Positions 28,796 to 38,282 of a stretch of DNA of 64,000 bases are shown here, in pieces. Both the position numbers and the translations under genes were made by a program. Under the pieces are notes generated by a model. The model searched no databases, was not told the DNA's origin, and worked only from the letters and a program-made list of their open reading frames with translations. Every line of letters starts with the position of its first letter. The first letter of the stretch is position 1. The stretch comes from an uncultured Pseudomonadales bacterium (GTDB lineage: Bacteria; Patescibacteriota; Microgenomatia; UBA1400; CAYXSR01). Location: positions 108,839-172,838 of the forward strand of contig CAYXSR010000001.1 of NCBI GenBank assembly GCA_964467735.1, written 5' to 3'.

Positions 28796-29671
28796 ATGAA
28801 AAAAGGTGTTTTTTTCTGTTTATTAACTGCCCTCATTTCTGGAATTTCAATTTTTATTAATAAGTTTGGGGTTACAGGAATTAATCCTTTTGTTTTTGCT
28901 TTTTTAAAAAATTTTTTAGTCGCTTTCTTTATCTTTTCTCTAAATTCAAAAAAGCAACTTAATAACTTTAAAAAATTAAATTCTAGAGACTGGCTTCATT
29001 TAATTTTAATTGGCTTAATTGGCGGCTCTCTCCCTTTTCTTTTATTTTTCAAAGGCCTCTCTTTAACAAATCCAGCTGATGCTAATTTTATCCATAAAAC
29101 TATGTTTATTTGGGTAGGAATTCTAGGAGTATTAGTTCTAAAAGAAAAAATTAACTATAACTTTTTAAAAATTGGTTTTTTGCTCTTTATAGCTAATTTT
29201 CTTTTAATTAAAAACCTAGCGTTTAATTCCTTAAAGGGAAACCTATTAATATTTTTAGCAACCTTACTCTGGTCTACAGAAACAGTTATTAGTAAAAAAG
29301 TTCTTAAAACTATACCATCAATTACTGTCGCCTGGGGAAGGATGTTTTTTGGGACAATTATCTTAGCTGGATTATTAGCTTTTAATAATCAATTAATACT
29401 TTTAAAGCAGATAAATTGGTTACAATTTTCTTGGATAATAATTACAGCTGCTTTACTCTTAGGATATGTAACAACTTGGTACAAAGGGTTAAAAGAAATT
29501 CCTGCCTCTTTAGCTTCTGGCATATTGCTTTTTGGTTCACCAATCACTACAATCTTGGATTTTATATTACTGAAGAATTTAGAGTTAAAACAGCTTAGTG
29601 GTTTACTAGTTATTTTTTTCACAACCTCCTTAATTCTTAAAAAAGCAAATTATGTCTATCGTCGGAATTAA
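28796..29671 (+). CDS. DMT-superfamily (EamA-like) transporter
   Basis: About 290 aa with 10 predicted TM helices arranged as two 5-TM repeats. Start chosen at MKKGVFF (28796). Confidence 0.65.
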   Translation: MKKGVFFCLLTALISGISIFINKFGVTGINPFVFAFLKNFLVAFFIFSLNSKKQLNNFKKLNSRDWLHLILIGLIGGSLPFLLFFKGLSLTNPADANFIHKTMFIWVGILGVLVLKEKINYNFLKIGFLLFIANFLLIKNLAFNSLKGNLLIFLATLLWSTETVISKKVLKTIPSITVAWGRMFFGTIILAGLLAFNNQLILLKQINWLQFSWIIITAALLLGYVTTWYKGLKEIPASLASGILLFGSPITTILDFILLKNLELKQLSGLLVIFFTTSLILKKANYVYRRN

Positions 29672-30428
29672 AACTGCGATTCTTTATTCTCTACCTCCGT
29701 GTGAACTAGGATTTTGTGGCCCTAAACAAAAACAAGCTAAAAAAATTCTTCGGCAATTTATTCTGGGTAAAAAAGTAAATATTGCCAAAATCAAAAAGGC
29801 TTTAAAAAATTTTGAAGCTGCTTTTCCATATTATCAATTAATCGCTAAAGCCAATAATATTAAAGATGTTTTTAGTAAAAAAGTCGTTGAAGCTTATTGG
29901 CTAGGTAATGGTCTTTTAAAAAAAGTGAAATATTCAGATATTATTCATCTTATCCTCAGCCAGTTCTCCCAACCAGGTCTTTTAACTTTAAAAGAAGCCC
30001 AAAAACGAATAAAAAAAATCCCAAAGAGGGCTAAAGCTCATCATGTCTTTCATGTTTTTATTCTTGGTCCAATTGCTGGCAGAATTAATTTCACTCCTGA
30101 ACTTTTGGATTTATGTCGGGTTAGTTGGGGACAAATTATAAAAATAGAAAAAAACTCAAAATCTTTAAAAGTGAAAGTAAAAACTAAAACACTAATCATT
30201 CAGAACGGAAAATATGCCTTAGGGACAAAGATAATTAAACAAATTGAAGGAAATAAACACATTTTTAAAAACTTAAAGATTGGCCAGTGGATTAGTTTTC
30301 ATTGGAACCAAGTCTGTGATGTTTTAAATAACCAAAAAGTAAATGCGCTAAAATATTATACAAAAATTCACTTAATGAACAGCACAAGTAATACAGGGGT
30401 CAAAACTTCTAATAAGAATCTCAATTAA
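29652..30428 (+). CDS. Hypothetical protein with conserved Cys/His motifs (CELGFCGP, HHVFHVF), function unknown
   Basis: 258-aa ORF in the hypC-to-hydrogenase interval. Its 3' end overlaps the convergent hydrogenase large-subunit gene by 57 nt. Confidence 0.35.
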   Translation: MSIVGIKTAILYSLPPCELGFCGPKQKQAKKILRQFILGKKVNIAKIKKALKNFEAAFPYYQLIAKANNIKDVFSKKVVEAYWLGNGLLKKVKYSDIIHLILSQFSQPGLLTLKEAQKRIKKIPKRAKAHHVFHVFILGPIAGRINFTPELLDLCRVSWGQIIKIEKNSKSLKVKVKTKTLIIQNGKYALGTKIIKQIEGNKHIFKNLKIGQWISFHWNQVCDVLNNQKVNALKYYTKIHLMNSTSNTGVKTSNKNLN

Positions 30429-31619
30429 ATTATGTTGTTCTTCTATTGGCCGATTTTTATTTTGAGTTAGTAAACTAGTTGCCGCCTCTTCTATTGCTGC
30501 TAAATTTTGAGCTGTTGGAGTAAGAATATTACAATAAACTACTTTTCCATCTTTGACTTCAAAAGAATAATAAAGCGTTCCTCTTGGTGCCTCAATCGCT
30601 GCGCTTCCAACTCCTGATCTAAACGGTATCTCTACTTGAACTTCTTCTTGGGGACTTCTGTTAAACCAGTAAAGCAAATTTAATGCCTCCTCAAGAAAAT
30701 GAAAAATTTCTATTGCTTGAGCTACATTGATAAAAAATGGGTTTTTCTCTGGTAAAACAAGTGCCATATCTTTTAAAACTTTATTAGTTCTCCTATGAAG
30801 CCTATTTTTAAATTGATTAAGTCTGGAAAGTGCCCCGACTACAAAAGGTTTACTGGTAAACGAAGAATATTTTACTGGTGACCCATATTTTACCTGTTCA
30901 ATAATCAATTTTTGATAGTCGCCTGGGTCTGCCTTAAAACCAGTTAAACAACTAATTTGGCCATCATAATATGAATAATCCTTGTCGTTGTCTAAACAGA
31001 TCTGGGATGGATTAAAATTGCTAATCTTAGGGTATTCTAAGTGGCTAAAAATGCTAATTAGCTCCTCAGCACCAGAGAAAACCTGTTCGATATCTAGAAT
31101 TAAGGAAGATAGCCTGTCTCTATCTGGTTCTTGAGTAAACCCTCCCACCATCGGAGTAATCGGATGGACAACTCTGCCTGTAATTATTTCTAGAAGTCTG
31201 TCGCAGATTTTCTTTAATTTTAAAACCATATGGTATTCCACTGGATAAAGTTTAATTATCTCAATTCCTCTTTCTTTTTCAGGGGTAAAATCAGGCAAAA
31301 CAAGAAAAAAAAGGTGAATAAGGTGGCTGTTGATAATTTGACAGCAAAGCATTAATTTTCTTAAGTTGATAATTGTCTCATTTACTTTTACCCCTAAAGC
31401 GTTTTCTAAGGCTTTTATTGATCCTAAACTGTGAGCAACAGGGCAAATTCCACAGATTCTACAGGCAATAAAGGGAGCTTCCTGAAAATCCCTACCTCTT
31501 ACTAGCTGTTCAAACAGTCTTTCTCCCTCACTTACAACCAAATGAGCCTTATGATTAGCCATATCTAGCTTAAGATGTCCATGACCTTCGATTCTGGCAA
31601 TTAGATTAGATGTAGGCAT
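30372..31619 (-). CDS. [NiFe] hydrogenase large (catalytic) subunit, small cytoplasmic group-3-like type
   Basis: N-terminal Ni-Fe ligand motif RICGICPVAH. C-terminal ligand motif DPCITCAVH forms the last nine residues, i.e. there is no C-terminal maturation peptide. 415 aa. Overlaps the small-subunit gene by 14 nt. Confidence 0.9.
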   Translation of the reverse strand: MPTSNLIARIEGHGHLKLDMANHKAHLVVSEGERLFEQLVRGRDFQEAPFIACRICGICPVAHSLGSIKALENALGVKVNETIINLRKLMLCCQIINSHLIHLFFLVLPDFTPEKERGIEIIKLYPVEYHMVLKLKKICDRLLEIITGRVVHPITPMVGGFTQEPDRDRLSSLILDIEQVFSGAEELISIFSHLEYPKISNFNPSQICLDNDKDYSYYDGQISCLTGFKADPGDYQKLIIEQVKYGSPVKYSSFTSKPFVVGALSRLNQFKNRLHRRTNKVLKDMALVLPEKNPFFINVAQAIEIFHFLEEALNLLYWFNRSPQEEVQVEIPFRSGVGSAAIEAPRGTLYYSFEVKDGKVVYCNILTPTAQNLAAIEEAATSLLTQNKNRPIEEQHNLIEILIRSFDPCITCAVH

Positions 31620-32337
31620 TGAAAGAATTAATTAATTTATCTAGCTCTTCTTCTGGTAAAAAAGACAGTGTTTTCTTAATCATTTCTCGAGTAATTCCCT
31701 GTTTTAATCCCCAACATCCCCAACAGTATCTACCTGATTCGACACAAACCGCTCCACAACCAGCAAAAGTAAATACACCTAAACATTTCTTTTTCTGACG
31801 AACTAAACATCGTGAAGAATTAAATGGTCCCCGAGGACATTCAGTACAGACAGAAGTTTTTTTCTCTGGAGGAATTTTATCTTTTAAAAGATAAATTAAA
31901 GCCTCTTTTATTTGTTTAGGATTAGCTGGACAACCTCTAATAAAATAATCTACTTTCACATAACAATGGATTGGTTTTACTTCAAAGGCTCCCAATTTAT
32001 ACATTTGGTTATAGCTTTTATTCTTTGCTTCTTCCCTTGAAGATTGTTGGTTGAGGATTGATTGAATACCTCCTAAAGTAGCACAACTTCCCAAAGCTAC
32101 TAAGATTTTTGACTGTTGACGAATTTTTTTAATCCTTTGAATATCTTGACTATTGGTAATAACTCCTTCAACAATACTTATATCAAAGGGACCTTCAGTT
32201 TTAAAATCTGATCCCAAACGAAAGTTTACTAACTCATTGTCAGCGATTAAATCCATTAAAAATGTCCCTAAACCTAATAATTCAACCTCGCAGCCCTCAC
32301 AGTCAGTAAAGTCAAAAATAGCAATTTTTTTACCCAT
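31606..32337 (-). CDS. [NiFe] hydrogenase small (FeS) subunit, cytoplasmic, with no Tat signal
   Basis: Proximal-cluster cysteines DCEGCE, GSCA and GCP, plus a Cys-rich C-terminal third (CTECPRGP, CLGVFTFAGCGAVC, CWGCWG). No RRxFxK signal. 243 aa. Confidence 0.8.
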   Translation of the reverse strand: MGKKIAIFDFTDCEGCEVELLGLGTFLMDLIADNELVNFRLGSDFKTEGPFDISIVEGVITNSQDIQRIKKIRQQSKILVALGSCATLGGIQSILNQQSSREEAKNKSYNQMYKLGAFEVKPIHCYVKVDYFIRGCPANPKQIKEALIYLLKDKIPPEKKTSVCTECPRGPFNSSRCLVRQKKKCLGVFTFAGCGAVCVESGRYCWGCWGLKQGITREMIKKTLSFLPEEELDKLINSFNAYI

Positions 32338-32368
32338 TTTTCCCCATATAATTAAGAAATTATGAAAC

Positions 32369-32396
32369 TTGACTTTTCACAAACATATGCTATAAT
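32369..32396 (+). promoter_or_regulatory. Sigma-70-type promoter for the M23 peptidase gene
   Basis: TTGACT (32369..32374), a 16-nt spacer, then TATAAT (32391..32396). A GGGGAG Shine-Dalgarno lies at 32421..32426. Confidence 0.55.
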
Positions 32397-32437
32397 AGCG
32401 CTATTCTCTCCGAAATAAAAGGGGAGAATTTTTTTTA

Positions 32438-33145
32438 TTGGGCCTAAATAAAGCCCTACCTATGATTAATTTAAAACAAAAATTTAATCTTTTAAAGACT
32501 TGGTTAAGTGCTGTTTTCTATTGGCTTGAGGAAAATAAATTGGTTGGAGATTTTTTCAAAATCTTTTCTGACAAAAGAAGAAAAGGTAATCTTTTCTCTC
32601 GACCTTTCCGTTTGCTTTTCTCTGGTAGAAAAGTCGGGAAACTACAAAGTATTGTTTTAATCTTTACTTTAACTATTACCGGACTCGTTTCTAGTGCTAC
32701 ACCTGTTTTTGGTCAACCGGAAGAGCTCGAAGAACTTGCTGTTAGACAAGAGATTAGCCAACCAATCACGACTGAAACTACCTTTAGAAATCCTGTTGAA
32801 GGTTATCTTTCCCAGGGTTATCATTGGGGTCACTGGGCAATTGATATTGCTGGTAATGCTGGTAAAGAAATCTTCCCAGTTGCTGAAGGTGAAGTAATCG
32901 AGGTTGACTCAAGTCGTTGGGGTTATGGTCATAAAGTTATTGTAAAACATAGTGAAAATCTTGTTTCTCTTTATGCCCATATGAATGAGATGAAAGTGGA
33001 AATTGGCCAACATGTTGATAAAAATACTGTCTTAGGTACTGTTGGTTCAACTGGTTGGTCAACAGGTGCCCACCTTCACTTAGAAATCTGGGAAAATAAT
33101 AAAGCTATAAACCCTATCTTAGTTATACCAGGGTGGCAGAAATAA
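32438..33145 (+). CDS. M23-family (LytM-like) peptidoglycan metalloendopeptidase
   Basis: HWGHWAIDIA (HxxxD) and SLYAHMNE...GAHLHLEI (HxH). The TTG start follows the ORF track; an in-frame ATG at 32462 is an alternative. Confidence 0.75.
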   Translation: MGLNKALPMINLKQKFNLLKTWLSAVFYWLEENKLVGDFFKIFSDKRRKGNLFSRPFRLLFSGRKVGKLQSIVLIFTLTITGLVSSATPVFGQPEELEELAVRQEISQPITTETTFRNPVEGYLSQGYHWGHWAIDIAGNAGKEIFPVAEGEVIEVDSSRWGYGHKVIVKHSENLVSLYAHMNEMKVEIGQHVDKNTVLGTVGSTGWSTGAHLHLEIWENNKAINPILVIPGWQK

Positions 33146-33150
33146 TTATG

Positions 33151-33181
33151 AAAAAGCCCCTTTGAAAAGGGGCTTTTTTTG
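33151..33181. terminator. Bidirectional Rho-independent terminator between the M23 peptidase gene and groEL
   Basis: AAAAAGCCCCTTTGAAAAGGGGCTTTTTTT: a GC-rich 7-8 bp stem flanked by an A-run and a T-run. Confidence 0.75.
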
Positions 33182-33197
33182 TTTTTTAAAATCTTTT

Positions 33198-34871
<1,674 letters not shown>

Positions 34872-35168
34872 TTAGCTTTTTACTAATGCTAAAATATTTT
34901 CAAATTTTACAAAAATATATTCTTTTTCTCCCAATCCAAGCTTAACCTCATCGCCTCCCCATTTTTTATAAATAACCATATCGCCCTTTTTACAAGGAGC
35001 CTTTCTTTTTAGATCATCAGCTCCAACGGCCAAAACTTTTGCTTGTTGGGGTTTTTCATCGTGAGAATCAGGAAGATAAATTCCGGAAGCAGTTTTCTTT
35101 TGTCCTTCGACTGGTTCAAGTAAAACATAACCTTGAGTGGGCTTTAAATTAGAAACAACAGTTTTCAT
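34872..35168 (-). CDS. groS: Co-chaperonin GroES
   Basis: 98-aa cpn10. Strong SD (AAGGAGG) 8 nt upstream. 21 nt upstream of groEL. Confidence 0.95.
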   Translation of the reverse strand: MKTVVSNLKPTQGYVLLEPVEGQKKTASGIYLPDSHDEKPQQAKVLAVGADDLKRKAPCKKGDMVIYKKWGGDEVKLGLGEKEYIFVKFENILALVKS

Positions 35169-35212
35169 AAATTTATCCTCCTTAAGTATGGAAAAATTTC
35201 CTTTATTAAAAA

Positions 35213-35267
35213 GCTATCAGTTGATGATAGCAAGTGCTATTTTAAAAATAAGTCAGCAATTTGTCAA
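35213..35267 (-). promoter_or_regulatory. groES promoter (TTGACA-17-TAAAAT on the minus strand) with a 7-bp inverted repeat GCTATCA-N5-TGATAGC in the leader
   Basis: On the minus strand, -35 is the complement of 35262..35267 and -10 the complement of 35239..35244. The perfect inverted repeat at 35213..35231 lies between -10 and the SD. It does not match the CIRCE consensus TTAGCACTC-N9-GAGTGCTAA. Confidence 0.5.
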
Positions 35268-35714
35268 GCACTTAGTAGTTGAATAATAAGGATTTAAGGG
35301 GAAAACAAATAAAGTTCCGCCAATTTTTTCAATTAATTTATTTTTCTTTTTTAAGTAAGGACTATTACTAGAAACAGCTAAAATTTCTGGTTTAATTAAT
35401 TGAAGTAAACTTAAATGAGTTTTTTCTTTATTAAAATCACTTGGTAAAAGAAAAATAAAGTCAGGAATTTTTAACTCAGCCAAATTTCTCAATCTTCTCT
35501 CTTCATTATTAACTGGTCTACCTTTTCCTTTTAATTGTTTTATTCTTTTATCTGTTTCTAAACCTACAATAAGAATTTCTCCTTGTTTTTTGGCCGCCTT
35601 TAAAAATTCTTTATGACCAGGGTGAAGAACATCAAAACAGCCAGTAGCTAGAACTTTCTTTTTTTTATTAATTTTTAAATTTGGAAAATCCTCTAGTTTA
35701 ATTATTTTTGTCAT
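35253..35714 (-). CDS. Cytidylyltransferase-like nucleotidyltransferase (HxGH class; TagD/RfaE-domain-II-like)
   Basis: VLATGCFDVLHPGHKEFL near the N-terminus. 153 aa. Confidence 0.55.
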   Translation of the reverse strand: MTKIIKLEDFPNLKINKKKKVLATGCFDVLHPGHKEFLKAAKKQGEILIVGLETDKRIKQLKGKGRPVNNEERRLRNLAELKIPDFIFLLPSDFNKEKTHLSLLQLIKPEILAVSSNSPYLKKKNKLIEKIGGTLFVFPLNPYYSTTKCLTNC

Positions 35715-35764
35715 AGAATTAGTTTATATTTTAACAGAATTAACTAAATGATAAACTTAAAGCA

Positions 35765-37510
35765 ATGAATAGAAGAAAATTGGTTTTTCTTATTTTAATA
35801 ATTTTAACAGTTTATTTTGGTTTGTTAACTATTAATTTTTGGCAAATTAATTCTCAATTAAAAAAAATTAAAACTCATATTGCTAAAAACCAAATAGAAA
35901 AACTTAAGCAAGATAATTTAGATTTGTCAGAAAAAGTACAACAAACTAGTTTTCTTCTAAGAATTTTACCAAACATTGGAATTATTAAAGATACTAAACA
36001 AGTGCTTGAATTAACCAATCAAGCTAATGATTTTATTAAAAAGTGCTTTAATCTTGGTGAAGCTGGTAGTCAATTATTTGCGGCTATTATAAATAATCGG
36101 CAAGAAAATTTTGATGATGTTTTTTCTTCTTGGAAAATACAAACGACTGAATTAGAATATCAAATTCAACAATTAACTAAGAACATTGAAAAAAACAAAA
36201 ACAATAAAATCCTTAGAAAATTTAATTTAAAACCAGATGAGATCGTCTCACAAGTCAATGAAAAAGTTTCCTTAATTCGAGAATTTAATAGTTATCTACC
36301 AGAGTTTTTAGGTGTAGAAAAAGACAAAAGATATCTTGTCCTTTTACAAAATAATATGGAGCTTAGGCCAACTGGTGGGTTTATGGGTTCTTACGCTTTG
36401 CTCAGTTTTAAAAATGGCGTTATGAAAAACTTAGAAATTCAAGATATCTATGTTCCTGATGGTCAGGTCAAAGGTCATATTGAACCACCAGTTCCAATCC
36501 AGCAGACTTTCCAACTTGGTAATTGGCGTCTGCGTGATGCTAACTGGGATCCTGACTTTCCTACTTCAACTGAAACTATTTTATGGTTTTTTGAAAAAGG
36601 AAATGTCAAAAATATCGATGGGGTCTTTGCCCTTAATCTCAATTTAGCAATCGATTTACTACAAACCACTGGTCCAATAACTTTAATTGATTACAACGAG
36701 AAAGTTAATAAAGATAATATTTACCAAATAACTCAATATTATGCCGAAACTGATTTCTTTCCTGGTTCAACCCAAAAAAAAGATTTTCTTTCTGTTTTAG
36801 CAAAAAGCATCATTGAAAAAATTAAAACAGATCCTCAAATTAATTTCTTATCATTAATGCAAATATTACTAAACAATCTAAACAACAACGAGATGCTTTT
36901 ATATTTTAAAAATGAAGATTTGCAAAGAATGACTGTTAATCAAAATTGGGATGGAAGTTTAAAGAAATCTTCCCTTTTAGCATCAGACTCAATTCAAGAT
37001 TATTTAGCGATTTATGAAACTAATTTGGGAGTTAATAAAGCTAATTGCTGTATTCAAAGGATAACAACTCATAAGATCTTAACATCTAAAGAAAAAATTA
37101 ATCACTCAGTATTATTGGAATTAACAAATGAAAATAAAAGCAATGAATCAAAACCTCCAAAATATTGGGGCGGTCGCTATATTAATTTCTTAAGAATCAT
37201 TGTTCCCCAGGAAGTTCAAATTGAAAAAATAACTATTGATAATCTTCCATTATCGACAAAAGATATCTTTATAGAAGAACAAAAAAATAATCTAAAATCT
37301 GTTGGGTTTTTTGCTAATGTTGATGCTTTAACAACAAAAAAGATAGAACTTATCTATACTTTACCAATGGCTGATGAAAAAATTTATCAGTTAAGGCTTC
37401 AAAAACAACCAGGTGTTCGATCTAGCCCTCAAATTATCTATTTTAATAATCTTTCAACTGAAATAAAAAGCGATCTTGAAAAAAGTGGGCTTTTTGAATT
37501 TAAAATTTAA
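35765..37510 (+). CDS. Membrane-anchored DUF4012-like protein
   Basis: N-terminal TM segment, a long extracytoplasmic region, and the LRPTGGFMGSYALL motif typical of DUF4012. 581 aa. Confidence 0.45.
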   Translation: MNRRKLVFLILIILTVYFGLLTINFWQINSQLKKIKTHIAKNQIEKLKQDNLDLSEKVQQTSFLLRILPNIGIIKDTKQVLELTNQANDFIKKCFNLGEAGSQLFAAIINNRQENFDDVFSSWKIQTTELEYQIQQLTKNIEKNKNNKILRKFNLKPDEIVSQVNEKVSLIREFNSYLPEFLGVEKDKRYLVLLQNNMELRPTGGFMGSYALLSFKNGVMKNLEIQDIYVPDGQVKGHIEPPVPIQQTFQLGNWRLRDANWDPDFPTSTETILWFFEKGNVKNIDGVFALNLNLAIDLLQTTGPITLIDYNEKVNKDNIYQITQYYAETDFFPGSTQKKDFLSVLAKSIIEKIKTDPQINFLSLMQILLNNLNNNEMLLYFKNEDLQRMTVNQNWDGSLKKSSLLASDSIQDYLAIYETNLGVNKANCCIQRITTHKILTSKEKINHSVLLELTNENKSNESKPPKYWGGRYINFLRIIVPQEVQIEKITIDNLPLSTKDIFIEEQKNNLKSVGFFANVDALTTKKIELIYTLPMADEKIYQLRLQKQPGVRSSPQIIYFNNLSTEIKSDLEKSGLFEFKI

Positions 37511-37518
37511 ATTAAGAA

Positions 37519-38142
37519 CTATTTCTTTAAGATTTTTCTCTTTTCTGCTTCAATAATCTTTTCTACTATCTCAACTGTTTTTTTGAGTTTTCCCTCTTTA
37601 TTCTCCACTAAATAATCAAAATTTCTATATTGTCTTAATTCCCAAATTGCTCTGTTTAAACTCCATTTTGTTCCTGTTTTAGTTTCTGTAGCTCTTTTCT
37701 TCATTCGTTTTTCCAAAATCTTTATACCTTCGGCTAAAAAAACAAACATAGAATAAGGAACTTCTTTTTTTACTTTGTTATAAATATTTTTAACTCCCCT
37801 AACATCAATCCGCCAAATAACATCCTTACCTGATTTTAAAGCCTCAAGAACGTGCTTCTTCTGACTACCACGATAATCTCCTCGATATTCTACCCATTCT
37901 AAAAATGCTTCTTGGGCAATTAACTTCTCGAATTGTTCTTTAGAAATAAAATAATAATCAATTCCCTCTTTTTCTTCTTTTCTCTTCGGCCGAGAATTGG
38001 TAGTTACTAAACGCCTCATATTCTTATTACGTCTCAGTAAATTTCTCATAACACTATCTTTACCACTACATGTAGGACCGGAAAGCACAATTAAGATATT
38101 TCTTTGTTTCTGTTTTTCAATTTCTTTTGAGGCCTCAGACAT
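37519..38142 (-). CDS. gmk: Guanylate kinase-like protein
   Basis: P-loop-like LSGPTCSGKDS and the conserved YYFISKEQFEKLI...FLEWVEYRGDYRGS block. 207 aa. Confidence 0.55.
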   Translation of the reverse strand: MSEASKEIEKQKQRNILIVLSGPTCSGKDSVMRNLLRRNKNMRRLVTTNSRPKRKEEKEGIDYYFISKEQFEKLIAQEAFLEWVEYRGDYRGSQKKHVLEALKSGKDVIWRIDVRGVKNIYNKVKKEVPYSMFVFLAEGIKILEKRMKKRATETKTGTKWSLNRAIWELRQYRNFDYLVENKEGKLKKTVEIVEKIIEAEKRKILKK

Positions 38143-38282
38143 TTTTAGTCTCCTTTCTTTTTTACTACACTAAATTAGATATAGTTTATCACGCTTATCT
38201 TCACAATCAAAGCCTCTTGGTTTTTCTCTAAACTTATAACCTATAACTGTTTGCGTCCTGAATTAAAAACAGTTTATAATTT

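Noticed and set aside
35213-35280. CIRCE (HrcA operator) upstream of groES
   Set aside because: The inverted repeats present (GCTATCA-N5-TGATAGC and AAGTGCT...AGCACTT) share only AGCACT-like cores with TTAGCACTC-N9-GAGTGCTAA, and the spacing is wrong. It is reported as a non-CIRCE candidate operator.
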